Source of the DNA: a bacterium
GTDB taxonomy: Bacteria; Patescibacteriota; Patescibacteriia; UBA9934
Assembly (NCBI GenBank): GCA_043818555.1
Contig: JBDRFP010000002.1
Location: forward strand, 16,774 to 80,773
Direction of reading: 5' to 3'
DNA length: 64,000 nucleotides
Part shown: piece by piece, positions 20,198-29,418 of the stretch
How positions within the stretch are numbered: the first letter of the stretch is position 1
How the letters are laid out: each line of letters begins with the position of its first letter
Position numbers and translations under genes: made by a program
Notes under the pieces: model-generated
The model's database searches: none
What the model was told of the DNA's origin: nothing
What the model saw: the letters and a program-made list of their open reading frames with translations, nothing else

Positions 20198-22000
20198 CTA
20201 TCTCTTCAACACCTTCAAATACGCCTCGCTTGGAATCCTCACCTTCCCCTTCCCATGCGCGAGCATTTTCTTCTTTCCTTTCTTCTGCTTTTCGAGCAGC
20301 TTGCGCTTACGGGTTACATCGCCTCCGTAAAGCTTTTCCGTAACATCCTTTCTAAGCGCAGAGATCCTTTCAGATGCTACGATTTTGCCGCCAACCGCTG
20401 CCTGAAGTTTAATAACATACTGCTGTTTTGGAATCGACTCTTTAAGAGACTGTACAACTTTACGGCCAATTCTCTCTGCCTCTTTTCGATATGCAAAAGT
20501 GGCAAGCGCGTCGACCGGCTCTTCGGCTACGAGAATATTGAGCCTCACAATGTCGCCGGTTCGATACGCTACAACTTCATAATTCATTGACGCAAAACCG
20601 CTTGAGACGCTTTTTAGTTTATCGTAAAAGTCAACGATTATTTCAGCAAGCGGAATTTCGTAGCGAAGAATTGCGCGGCCTTCGGAAAGAAACTCGGTAT
20701 TTTTGTATATTCCGTGACGCTCCTGAACCAGTGTCATGACATTCCCAATGTAGTCAGATGGCGTAATAATATCAACTGCCGCCCAAGGCTCTTCTATTCT
20801 ATCAACAATTGACGAGTCCGGCAGGTCAAGAGCGCTTTTCACAATGTGCGGTTCTTGAACACTTTTTTGATACACCTTGTAAGCCACTGAAGGAACCGTG
20901 ACAATCAGATGAATACCAAATTCACGCTCCAGCCGTTCTTTCAAAATCTCAAGATGAAGCATGCCGAGTAGCCCGCAACGAAAGCCGTAACCGAGCGCAG
21001 GCGAATGTTCTGGTTCAAAAATCAATGCAGCGTCGTTCAGCTTAAGCCTTTCCATGGCATCGCGTAGCGCCGAATAGTCGTCGCCCTCTTCCGGGAAGAC
21101 GCCGGCAAAAACCATTGGTTGCACTTCTCGGTAGCCTGCAAGGGACTTTACATCTGCAACGCTGTCAATGGTCATCGTGTCACCAACTCGGCAGGCGCTA
21201 ATGTCCTTAAAGCCTGTTACAACATAGCCGATCTGACCTGTCTCAAGTTCTGGCATTGGGTCAAACCCAGGCTTTAGAGCCCCTACTTCAAGCATCTCCG
21301 TAGACGCTCGAGTTGCCATCATTTTCATCCTGTCACGCGCGCGGAACTTGCCGTCAACAACCCGCACATACGCAACAACGCCACGATAATCGTCGTAGAA
21401 CGAATCAAACACCAACGCTCGCGCCGGCTCAACTTCCTTGCCCTTAGGCTGCGGAATTTTTTCGACCACAATATCCAGTAGCTCGCCAACTCCCTCACCG
21501 GTCTTTGCAGACACTGAAAAAATATCTTCCGGCTTACAGCCAACCAGCTGCGTCAGCTCCTTCCTACGAGCTTCAATGTCAGCTGCCGGAAGGTCAATTT
21601 TATTTAAAACTGGGATGATTTCAAGATTCTGATCCAGCGCCAAGTACAAGTTGCCGATTGTTTGAGCCTGTACACCTTGAGTAGCGTCAACGAGAAGAAT
21701 CGCCCCCTCAACAGCTGCAAGCGATCGGCTCACCTCATAGTTAAAATCAACATGCCCCGGAGTATCAATTAAGTTTAGTGTGTACTCCTTGCCGTCTTTG
21801 ACATGCTTCATTCGGACAGGCGCAAGCTTGATTGTAATCCCACGTTCGCGCTCAAGATCCATACTGTCGAGAACCTGCTCCTGCATATTTCTCTTTTCAA
21901 TCGTGCCTGTGATCTCAAGCAACCGATCGGCAAGGGTAGACTTGCCGTGGTCGATGTGCGCAATAATGCAAAAGTTTCGGATTTGATTTTGGTTGGTCAC
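20198..22000 (-). CDS. lepA: Elongation factor 4 (LepA)
   Basis: 600 aa. G-domain AHIDHGKSTLADRLLE, DTPGHVDF, NKID. GTG start. Confidence 0.92.
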   Translation of the reverse strand: MTNQNQIRNFCIIAHIDHGKSTLADRLLEITGTIEKRNMQEQVLDSMDLERERGITIKLAPVRMKHVKDGKEYTLNLIDTPGHVDFNYEVSRSLAAVEGAILLVDATQGVQAQTIGNLYLALDQNLEIIPVLNKIDLPAADIEARRKELTQLVGCKPEDIFSVSAKTGEGVGELLDIVVEKIPQPKGKEVEPARALVFDSFYDDYRGVVAYVRVVDGKFRARDRMKMMATRASTEMLEVGALKPGFDPMPELETGQIGYVVTGFKDISACRVGDTMTIDSVADVKSLAGYREVQPMVFAGVFPEEGDDYSALRDAMERLKLNDAALIFEPEHSPALGYGFRCGLLGMLHLEILKERLEREFGIHLIVTVPSVAYKVYQKSVQEPHIVKSALDLPDSSIVDRIEEPWAAVDIITPSDYIGNVMTLVQERHGIYKNTEFLSEGRAILRYEIPLAEIIVDFYDKLKSVSSGFASMNYEVVAYRTGDIVRLNILVAEEPVDALATFAYRKEAERIGRKVVQSLKESIPKQQYVIKLQAAVGGKIVASERISALRKDVTEKLYGGDVTRKRKLLEKQKKGKKKMLAHGKGKVRIPSEAYLKVLKR

Positions 22001-22071
22001 AGGCGTGAGTAAGTAGATAGTAGTAAGTAGTCAAAGGGTACAATAAATTGGCGATTCTGTCGAGATGTTGG

Positions 22072-22116
22072 CAGGTTCAACCCTGAAGGTTGCTGCAACC
22101 TTCAGGGTTGAACCTG
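22072..22116. repeat. Perfect palindrome with 20-bp arms, CAGGTTCAACCCTGAAGGTT-GCTGC-AACCTTCAGGGTTGAACCTG, in the divergent lepA / 22181 intergenic region
   Basis: Member of the TTAACCCTGAAGGTT repeat family. Candidate operator or REP-like hairpin. Confidence 0.8.
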
Positions 22117-22180
22117 CACGCTTGACCAAATCGACCAAAACTGCTAACCTTGCCTCAGCGCCCTAACAAAGGAGACTTAA

Positions 22181-22711
22181 ATGTCGCACGAACCATTGAC
22201 TCTCGAAGCCGCCCGCGAGCGAGGACTGTACAAAATGCTCGCGTCTTCAATACGAGCGCTACAGGTAGGCAAGCATGAACTCAACCTAGGCTGGGAGACG
22301 GCCTACAATTTGGAAAGACGAGGTATCGTCTGCATCTTCCAACTGTGTGAGCTTACCCTAGATCAGTCATCCCCTATCTGCCATGCGCTAGATAGTGTGG
22401 AGATCGAATCAGCTCTAAAAAAAATTAGGCTAGGATACGGCATGAGCTTCAGCGACGAGCTCAAGCACGCTCTACTCAATGAGCCGACCCTGCTGGAGGG
22501 ACTAGACAGGGTGATCGAAGTCCTGACAGCTGAAGGAACGGCTAAGCGAACCGAACTCAATGCGCTCGACCGCGACCTAGGAGCGCTCAAGATGATCCAA
22601 CGGGAACTGACTGGCGAGGAAGAGCCAGAATCTATCGATAGAGCCAGCGATTCTGATCCGTCGCTCGATGACCTTCCGCAGGACATCTGCCCGAGAGCAA
22701 ATGGATCCTAG
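22181..22711 (+). CDS. Hypothetical protein (176 aa)
   Basis: SD AAAGGAGA upstream of the ATG. Bracketed by two copies of the AACCCTGAAGGTT palindrome. Confidence 0.6.
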   Translation: MSHEPLTLEAARERGLYKMLASSIRALQVGKHELNLGWETAYNLERRGIVCIFQLCELTLDQSSPICHALDSVEIESALKKIRLGYGMSFSDELKHALLNEPTLLEGLDRVIEVLTAEGTAKRTELNALDRDLGALKMIQRELTGEEEPESIDRASDSDPSLDDLPQDICPRANGS

Positions 22712-22752
22712 GGACAAACAACCCGCTTGCGCGATCGCAGGCGGGTTTCTTA

Positions 22753-22787
22753 TTAACCCTGAAGGTTGCTGCAACCTTCAGGGTTAA
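22753..22787. repeat. Palindrome TTAACCCTGAAGGTT-GCTGC-AACCTTCAGGGTTAA between convergent genes. Probable bidirectional terminator hairpin.
   Basis: 15-bp perfect arms around the same GCTGC loop as the 22072 copy. Confidence 0.75.
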
Positions 22788-23863
22788 GCACTAGCGATCA
22801 CCCCCGAGCCGACCAACTCGTCGTCAACATAAAACGCCACAAACTGCCCAGGCGCTACTGCGCGCTGAGGTTTGTCGAATGTGACTTTCGCCTGTGCTAT
22901 TGGATGCTGACTACTGGCTACTGGATGCTCACGCTTCACGACACACCCCTGCAACGGTTGACGGTAACGAATTCTAGCCTGGATAGGCTTATTAAAATAT
23001 GTGTTCAAGTTGCCGGGAACGGTCTCAGTTAGGTCAGTAACGATTATTTCTGATGAATACAATTTTGGGTCATCCTCATGCGCAACAACAACCTCGTCGG
23101 TATCCGGCCTGCGCTCGACAACAAAGTACGGATCGCCTCCGCCAATGCCCAAACCCTGGCGCTGGCCAATTGTGTAGTACGCATGGCCTTTGTGTGTTCC
23201 AAGAACGCGACCCTCAATATCGACAATATTCCCTTCTCGCGGAGGTATGCTTGTCTTTAAAAACTCAGACAGCTCAATCTTGCCCACAAAGCAAAGTCCT
23301 TGGCTATCCTTCTTATCCGCCACGACGATGTTTAGCTCGCGAGCTTTAACGCGAACATCTGACTTTTCCATATCGCCAATCGGAAACATAACGCGCTTGA
23401 GCTGACCCTGAGTGAGCTGGCATAGAAAGTAACTCTGATCCTTTCCAGCATCGCGCCCGGCTAAAAGATGAGCCGTGCCGTCGTCATTGCGCCTCACGCG
23501 AGCGTAATGCCCTGTCGCGATCATGCTGCAACCCAACTTCTCAGCCTCGCGCAGCAAAAATCCAAACTTCATATACTTATTGCACAGCACATCAGGATTT
23601 GGCGTACGCCCTGCTTTGTATTCCTGCACCATGTACTCAAAAACGTTTCGACGATACTCAGACTCAAAATCAAAAGTCAGCAAATCAATCCCAAGCTGGG
23701 CAGCAACGCGCGTGGCGTCACGACGATCGTTGTCAGACTCACACCCAGTCCAATTGTGCATATACGCGCCGATAACATCAAAACCCTGCTCCACCAACAA
23801 AGCAGCCGACACACTCGAGTCGACCCCGCCGCTCATTGCCATTAGTACTTTAGGCTTATTCAT
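22784..23863 (-). CDS. mnmA: tRNA-specific 2-thiouridylase
   Basis: PP-loop SGGVDSSV at the N-terminus. 359 aa, MnmA-like throughout. Confidence 0.88.
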   Translation of the reverse strand: MNKPKVLMAMSGGVDSSVSAALLVEQGFDVIGAYMHNWTGCESDNDRRDATRVAAQLGIDLLTFDFESEYRRNVFEYMVQEYKAGRTPNPDVLCNKYMKFGFLLREAEKLGCSMIATGHYARVRRNDDGTAHLLAGRDAGKDQSYFLCQLTQGQLKRVMFPIGDMEKSDVRVKARELNIVVADKKDSQGLCFVGKIELSEFLKTSIPPREGNIVDIEGRVLGTHKGHAYYTIGQRQGLGIGGGDPYFVVERRPDTDEVVVAHEDDPKLYSSEIIVTDLTETVPGNLNTYFNKPIQARIRYRQPLQGCVVKREHPVASSQHPIAQAKVTFDKPQRAVAPGQFVAFYVDDELVGSGVIASA

Positions 23864-23897
23864 AACGGAATGAGGATAGCACGATTATGAGCATTGA

Positions 23898-24182
23898 TCA
23901 AGTATCGGATAGCTCTTCTTTAAGATACCGACGTAACATCAGTCTAAGTGTGCGCTTCCCTGCCGCTGTCTTGAAATACTGTTCCCGACGTTTTGCATCC
24001 ATCCGATGAAGAAACGTCTCATAGAAGATTAGTTTGATCGGCAACCTGCCCTTGGTCGCAAAGACCTCTCCATTCTTATGGCGCGTGACTCGCTCCTTCA
24101 GATCAGTAGAATAGCCGATGTAAAATTTATCGTCGTCACAAAGAAGAACGTAGACATAATACATACAACCATGGCTTAGCAC
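23898..24182 (-). CDS. GIY-YIG nuclease-domain protein (UPF0213-like)
   Basis: YYVYVLLCDDDKFYIGYSTDLKERVTRH is the GIY-YIG motif. The real start is probably the internal Met (MYYVYV). Confidence 0.75.
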   Translation of the reverse strand: MLSHGCMYYVYVLLCDDDKFYIGYSTDLKERVTRHKNGEVFATKGRLPIKLIFYETFLHRMDAKRREQYFKTAAGKRTLRLMLRRYLKEELSDT

Positions 24183-24315
24183 AGATGGTTCCCCTGAAGT
24201 AGAGCTGTAAAGGATAAAGCATCAAAATCCTTCACAGCACACTTCAGGGGTAAACCATGAAGTGTGACATCAGCAAAAAGCAAAGACACCAGCGTTTGCT
24301 GATGTCTCTACTTCA

Positions 24316-24389
24316 TGGTTCCCGGGCAGGGATTCGAACCCCGATTTTCTGGACCAGAACCAGACGTCCTGCCGTTAGACTACCCGGGA
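24316..24389 (-). tRNA. tRNA-Gln (anticodon CUG), CCA encoded
   Basis: Hand-folded cloverleaf. U1:A72 acceptor stem TCCCGGG/CCCGGGA, D-arm GTCT/GGAC, anticodon stem TCTGG/CCAGA with loop TTCTGGT, T-arm CGGGG-TTCGAAT-CCCTG, then ACCA. Position 37 is G and the discriminator is A, which is unusual for Gln, so the isotype call is moderate. Promoter TTGACG-N17-TATTAT lies directly upstream and overlaps the dnaX stop. Confidence 0.7.
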
Positions 24390-24431
24390 ATGTTGCAGGG
24401 AGATAATAACAGGAATTGCTCTTTTCGTCAA

Positions 24432-26018
24432 CTACTCCACCACCGTTCCCCCAAAAGCCGAGGCGAGGTTTTCGAGTGCTGCTTCTTGTTCGCCTCCGAT
24501 CATATCTGCCACGATCGTCACCTTAACTAGCATGACTTCTTCAATCGCCGCTTCCAGAATTTCAGCGTTTTTTCTCTGATTTAGAGTATCGCAATGAAAC
24601 GAATGTTCAAAGCCGATCGTTACTGAATTGCCTACCATCGATATTGGCTTAGCGCAATGCAGTACCAACGGCAATGCTATGTTGCGTCTTGAAACAGCTT
24701 CGCAGCAGCGCTTCCATTTGTTTTGTAATTCTTCGATAGAGAAAGAGACCCGCGAGGTCTCTGGGGCTCCTTGGGATTTTGAGAGAGGAGGTTGAGGGAT
24801 TTTGAGGGAATTTGAGGGAGCTTCTGAATCGGGGGGAGATTGAGGGGTGTTGAGGGATGCTGAGGGAGGTTGAATATCAGGAGGAGATTGAGGGATGTTG
24901 AGAGAGGTTGAGGGATTTTGAGGGTCGCACATCTTGACCACGACGATCTCGAGCGGTAAGTGCGGCATTGCATCTGGCGCAAGCTTAGCGCGAGCTTCCA
25001 GCATTGCGTCAATAAACTCGGCGCACCGATTAACACTCATAAATTCCATCATTGAACGCATCTTCGCAGTCGTGGCAGCGTCGTAGTGATCGTGAACCGG
25101 ACCGTCGAGAGCGAGCAAAAGCATTGTTCGGACAAGATCTATTAACTCGTCTGTCAAATTCTGCACCGACCCGCCTTGATCAACAAAATTGTTCAACGCT
25201 TCAATCCCACTCTTCGCATCGCGCCTGGCTACAGCGTCAACCAAGCCAACAACCGTTGCCGTATTAGTTACTGGTAAAATTATAGAAGCTTCCTCAACGC
25301 CAATCGTTTTCTCTCCAAGCGCCAAAATCTGCCCAAACAAACTTTCCGCATCGCGCAAACACCCCTCGGAAAGCCTGGCGATCGAGCTTAAAACTTCGTC
25401 GTCAATCTTGACTCCTTCGGATTTGGCAATCATCTTGAGCCTGTCGATCATATCCTGAGCAGCAATCCTGTGGAAATCGAATCGCTGGCAACGCGAAAGA
25501 ATAGTCTGCGGAATTTTATGAATCTCGGTAGTAGCCAGAACAAAAATCACATTAGCCGGCGGCTCCTCCAAAGTCTTCAGAAGCGCATTAAAAGCCGAAC
25601 CGGAAAGCATATGCACCTCATCGATAATGAAAACTTTGTTCTTTCCCTGACCTGGAGCAAACCGAACAGCTTCGATGATGTTCTCGCGCACGTTATCTAC
25701 TCCGGTGTGTGATGCAGCGTCGATCTCAACAACGTCGAGCGCCTTGCCGAGCATAAACTCTTTACAATGCGCGCACTTTCCACACGCCTCGTTCGCGCCC
25801 TCTGCTCGATCTTCACAATTGACTGTTTTAGCCAACAATCGCGCAATTGTAGTTTTTCCAATTCCACGCGGGCCAGAAAATAAATACGCGTGAGCAACAT
25901 TGCCGCTCAAAATTTGACTCTGCAGCGTTGTTTTTATATGCCCCTGACCAGTAACGTCACTAAAGCTTGAAGGGCGGTATTTACGGTAAATTACTTCTGT
26001 CATACCCGGATAGTACAA
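24432..26018 (-). CDS. dnaX: DNA polymerase III subunit gamma/tau
   Basis: Walker A GPRGIGKTT, clamp-loader boxes, Zn module CGKCAHC. The C-terminal part has a tandem degenerate NIPQSPPD repeat (DNA about 24690-24930). Confidence 0.9.
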   Translation of the reverse strand: MYYPGMTEVIYRKYRPSSFSDVTGQGHIKTTLQSQILSGNVAHAYLFSGPRGIGKTTIARLLAKTVNCEDRAEGANEACGKCAHCKEFMLGKALDVVEIDAASHTGVDNVRENIIEAVRFAPGQGKNKVFIIDEVHMLSGSAFNALLKTLEEPPANVIFVLATTEIHKIPQTILSRCQRFDFHRIAAQDMIDRLKMIAKSEGVKIDDEVLSSIARLSEGCLRDAESLFGQILALGEKTIGVEEASIILPVTNTATVVGLVDAVARRDAKSGIEALNNFVDQGGSVQNLTDELIDLVRTMLLLALDGPVHDHYDAATTAKMRSMMEFMSVNRCAEFIDAMLEARAKLAPDAMPHLPLEIVVVKMCDPQNPSTSLNIPQSPPDIQPPSASLNTPQSPPDSEAPSNSLKIPQPPLSKSQGAPETSRVSFSIEELQNKWKRCCEAVSRRNIALPLVLHCAKPISMVGNSVTIGFEHSFHCDTLNQRKNAEILEAAIEEVMLVKVTIVADMIGGEQEAALENLASAFGGTVVE

Positions 26019-26232
26019 CTTCGAATGATGCCAACGGTAAACTGTGGCATCAAAGTTGTAGAGTTAAATATGATTTTATCTAAAAGGTGGCTCTCAACTC
26101 GGCACTATCAACCCCTTAATATCGAAGTTGTACTACCGAGCATACGGGAAGCATTTTAACATAAGACGGCGAAAAAACAAAAGTAGACAGCTACTGACTA
26201 CTGTCTACTGACTACTGGATGCTAGTTGCCGA

Positions 26233-28764
26233 TCACAAACTCGGCGGAACAGGCTCAGCCGTTGTAGGCTTTGACATTCCAATCCCGGCCCTAATCCTAA
26301 TCTCGCGGTCAACAATATCTCTTGGACGGCCATAAGTCAGGCGCGAGATCTCCTTAAGAGCATCGGCAAGCTTTTTGTTCGGCTCGCCTGGCCATTCCGT
26401 TTTAAGCGTGTAAGGCTTTAACAACTTTTCATTTGCAACAGTTTTTGCATTCCAAGTAAACTTTCCTGTGTTCATTAAGTCGTAAGGGCTAAATGTAGGC
26501 TCAAACACCTTGGCAAGAACCTCAACATCGTCCGGACCAATCCGCGCCGATAACATGCTGCCAACGTTACCAAGCACAGCGTCGCGAATTTCCGTCCTGC
26601 CACTCTCATCAGTCAATTGCCCCATGTACTGATGCGCAAGAATTAGGTTCAACTTGTATTTTCGAGCCTCGGACAAAATAGTCGCAATCGACGGAGTAAT
26701 ATAATTTTGGAACTCGTCAATATAGAGGTAAAAGTCCCTGCGTTCGTCTTCTGGAATGTCTGCCCTGCTAAACGCTGCCATTTGCAATTTGGAAATAAGA
26801 ATGAGCCCGATTAGATTTGAGTTCACTTCGCCGGTTTTACCTTTGGACAAGTTAACTAGCAAAATTTTACCCTCGTCCATAATTTCGCGAAAATTGAAGG
26901 CGCTATTTTTCTGCCCAATAATATTGCGCATCATCTCGTTTTCCACAAACCTACCAACCTTAGAAACCAGGTAGCCCATAGTTTCCGACTTATGGTAATC
27001 GCTCGTTTTTGCCATTTCGTCCTCCCAGAAACTTCGTACAACAGGATCCTTAACGCGCGCAATCCATTTGGCCTGGAACTTATCGTCAGCGATAATCCGC
27101 GGAATTTCGATCAAAGTCCCTGTGTCAGACAAGTCGGCCATCAAGGTCAGCATGAAGTTCCTCATGTAGTGCTCAAACATTGGCCCCATTGTTTCCGGCG
27201 GGAACAGCATATAAAAGATCGAGATCATTTCCTGCACGGCAAAGTCGCGCATGTTCTCATCTGGCGCCTCAAGCATATTCAAGCCCATTGGCCGCTCAAT
27301 GTCTGACGGGTTGAAGTAGATAACATCGTCGATTCTATTCTTTGGGATTTGACCAAGCACAGCATCGGCCAAGTCGCCATGCGGATCAAGCACAGCCACG
27401 CCTTTCCCTGCCTTAATGTCCTGATTAATCAGTGAGCGCAAAAAGACCGATTTACCTGTACCGGTTTTACCAATGATGTAAAAATGTCTTCGGCGGTCAG
27501 AATCCCCAATGAATACATCGGTTCTAACTCCGCGATATTCGTTGTATCCAAGACGCAAACCCTCCTTGGCTATCTCCGGTGGCACAGGCGCCACGCGCGA
27601 TTCCAGCCAGCGAATGTTTGGGGTCTCCGTTGACGCCAAAGGCAAATGCCACAAGCTAGCCATTTCCTCAGTGTTCAAAACAATACTGTACTTTGGATTA
27701 AAGCCGCGGTAAATAAAATCTCGAACTATCCTAGATTTCTTATTTGGAATCTCAGCACTAAAAGCATTGCCGTATTCGTAGATATTAAATTGGTTGAACG
27801 CCTTCAGGGCACCGTCCAAATCTTCCTTAACCGACTGAGCGCTCTTGCCCGACGCTACAACTCGAATATTGGCCTCTATCCCGGCCTTGGTCATCTTGGC
27901 CTCGATGCGCTGCGACATCTGCTCTTCAGCCTGAGTCAGCTTCCTTGGCTCTTCCGGCTTGTCTTTATCTTTCGACTTAAACATGTCTTTCCAGGTCGAT
28001 TTACCCTTCAGCGCATCTTCAAACGACATGCCCTTGTTCATGTTTTTGACCACCTTTTTGCCCAAGCCCCGCCAGCCCGGGCGAGCCGAGCGAACAATGT
28101 ACTGGATTGCCACGCCCTCGCCTTCGCCGATCTTTGAAAGCGCGTTGGTAATTCCATCGAGCGGATCAGACTCACTCTCCTTGTAGGTCTTCACCGGCAA
28201 CATGGACTGACGCTTAAAATTCAAATACCCGCCGGCAACAGTGGAAGTCGGCGTGAACAAGTTATAATCTTCAACCGGCTCAATTGCCGCGTCAGGATAC
28301 TGCGCATGCAACTGCTCCTCAATAAAGTCCCTCATGTACACCGGAACTGTCACATAAAAATCGATCATTTTGTCGATTACGACAATCTCCAAAGCCAACG
28401 AATCGGTCCTGCCAAAAAGCCATGCGCTAAAACCCTTCTGAGCTGTCAAGCCACCGATCGCGCTATAAAATGTCTCGGCAATTGCAATGTCTTCCTGCCA
28501 CTGCGCTATTGTGGCATCGCCCTTAACATCTCCTTCGGTTACAAACTTTGGCACCAAAACTTGCAAAGTGATGTTTTGATACTGCCCGCCGTGAATATTG
28601 CGGTTTTTCTGCAGAAAGTGTCGCAATAGGTAAACCGACCCCACTGCTGCAAAAATTATTAGCGCTACTGTAATCAAAATCGTAAGTGCCTGAAAAGCAT
28701 CAACCTGTGTGAAAGCGGGCTGAGTTGGAGCGCCTACTGTGATTTGGATCAATCCGATGTACAT
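26233..28764 (-). CDS. Fused membrane-domain plus VirD4/TraG/TrwB-like P-loop ATPase (type IV coupling-protein-like), 843 aa
   Basis: The N-terminal 400 aa are homologous to the 560-aa protein at 51759..53441 (LHAQYPDAAIEPVEDY versus LYAQYPEAQMLEVEDY). The C-terminal ATPase is homologous to 49518..51635 (RRRHFYIIGKTGTGKS, LDPHGDLA). Start set to ATG 28764. The track N-terminus MGIHWELIVGHWSL comes from reading through a conserved leader. Confidence 0.75.
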   Translation of the reverse strand: MYIGLIQITVGAPTQPAFTQVDAFQALTILITVALIIFAAVGSVYLLRHFLQKNRNIHGGQYQNITLQVLVPKFVTEGDVKGDATIAQWQEDIAIAETFYSAIGGLTAQKGFSAWLFGRTDSLALEIVVIDKMIDFYVTVPVYMRDFIEEQLHAQYPDAAIEPVEDYNLFTPTSTVAGGYLNFKRQSMLPVKTYKESESDPLDGITNALSKIGEGEGVAIQYIVRSARPGWRGLGKKVVKNMNKGMSFEDALKGKSTWKDMFKSKDKDKPEEPRKLTQAEEQMSQRIEAKMTKAGIEANIRVVASGKSAQSVKEDLDGALKAFNQFNIYEYGNAFSAEIPNKKSRIVRDFIYRGFNPKYSIVLNTEEMASLWHLPLASTETPNIRWLESRVAPVPPEIAKEGLRLGYNEYRGVRTDVFIGDSDRRRHFYIIGKTGTGKSVFLRSLINQDIKAGKGVAVLDPHGDLADAVLGQIPKNRIDDVIYFNPSDIERPMGLNMLEAPDENMRDFAVQEMISIFYMLFPPETMGPMFEHYMRNFMLTLMADLSDTGTLIEIPRIIADDKFQAKWIARVKDPVVRSFWEDEMAKTSDYHKSETMGYLVSKVGRFVENEMMRNIIGQKNSAFNFREIMDEGKILLVNLSKGKTGEVNSNLIGLILISKLQMAAFSRADIPEDERRDFYLYIDEFQNYITPSIATILSEARKYKLNLILAHQYMGQLTDESGRTEIRDAVLGNVGSMLSARIGPDDVEVLAKVFEPTFSPYDLMNTGKFTWNAKTVANEKLLKPYTLKTEWPGEPNKKLADALKEISRLTYGRPRDIVDREIRIRAGIGMSKPTTAEPVPPSL

Positions 28765-28794
28765 GCTACTAAATAGGCAATCTTGAAGTGACAC

Positions 28795-28881
28795 TAATGA
28801 CCAATGCCCAACTATCAATTCCCAATGAATCCCCAATATCCAACCCCTAATTGGTTATTGGGTACTTGTGAATTGGTCATT
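28795..28881. repeat. CCAAT-box-rich leader element copy A, inverted-repeat bounded (TAATGACCAATG ... GAATTGGTCATT). It contains a 43-nt block identical to copy B.
   Basis: taatgaccaatgcccaactatcaattcccaatgaatccccaat is identical at 28795-28837 and 51642-51684. Confidence 0.8.
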
Positions 28882-29358
28882 CTACTGTTTCTCGATATAA
28901 TTCAAAACCTTGTCTGTCCTAATCTTCGCCTCCTGCTCTAAGAAAAACTTATTCACACCCGGAATCATTTTTAGCCAATCGCTAATAAGCTTTAATACTT
29001 TTCGAGCCGTAATTTTGCCCTTATCAACCATTTCTTTGATGGCCGCAGCGACTTCCTCACCCCTTTGTTTGAAAGCTGGCCTTCTATCTGCCGGAAGCGC
29101 AAGGAAAATATCGGTAAGGTCATCGGCAAGAATCTCTTCAATGTCTTCGGTGACTTTATCTTTCTCTGGCCTTATCGATGACGGCTGAGCAGTCGGCGTC
29201 TCCGCGACCTCGACAACCGGCGCTTCTTTTTTCTCTTTTACCTCTTTCACTTTTTTCACCTCTTCCACCTCCGCAAGCTCTTTCACCTCCCCAACCTCAA
29301 CAACTTCCGGCTTTTCCGAAAGTGCTTCTTTTTTCTTTGGCTTCATTGCATCTGCCAT
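28882..29358 (-). CDS. Hypothetical Lys/Glu-rich protein (158 aa)
   Basis: Low-complexity KE-rich N-terminal half (VKELAEVEEVKKVKEVKEKKE) and a structured C-terminal part. Confidence 0.55.
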   Translation of the reverse strand: MADAMKPKKKEALSEKPEVVEVGEVKELAEVEEVKKVKEVKEKKEAPVVEVAETPTAQPSSIRPEKDKVTEDIEEILADDLTDIFLALPADRRPAFKQRGEEVAAAIKEMVDKGKITARKVLKLISDWLKMIPGVNKFFLEQEAKIRTDKVLNYIEKQ

Positions 29359-29386
29359 GTACTTATTTTACCACATTCCCGCACGT

Positions 29387-29416
29387 AACCCTAAAGGTTT
29401 CTGAACCTTTAGGGTT
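29387..29416. repeat. Variant palindrome AACCCTAAAGGTT-TCTG-AACCTTTAGGGTT downstream of cysS. Terminator-like.
   Basis: 13-bp arms. Variant of the same family with TAAAGG in place of TGAAGG. Confidence 0.7.
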
Positions 29417-29418
29417 GT

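Noticed and set aside
26233-28836. N-terminal extensions MGIHWELIVGHWSL / MGIHWGLGACELEICL on three track ORFs (26233..28836, 49518..51683, 41027..41776)
   Set aside because: They arise from reading through the conserved CCAAT-box leader element. Real starts are the downstream ATGs (28764, 51635, 41728).
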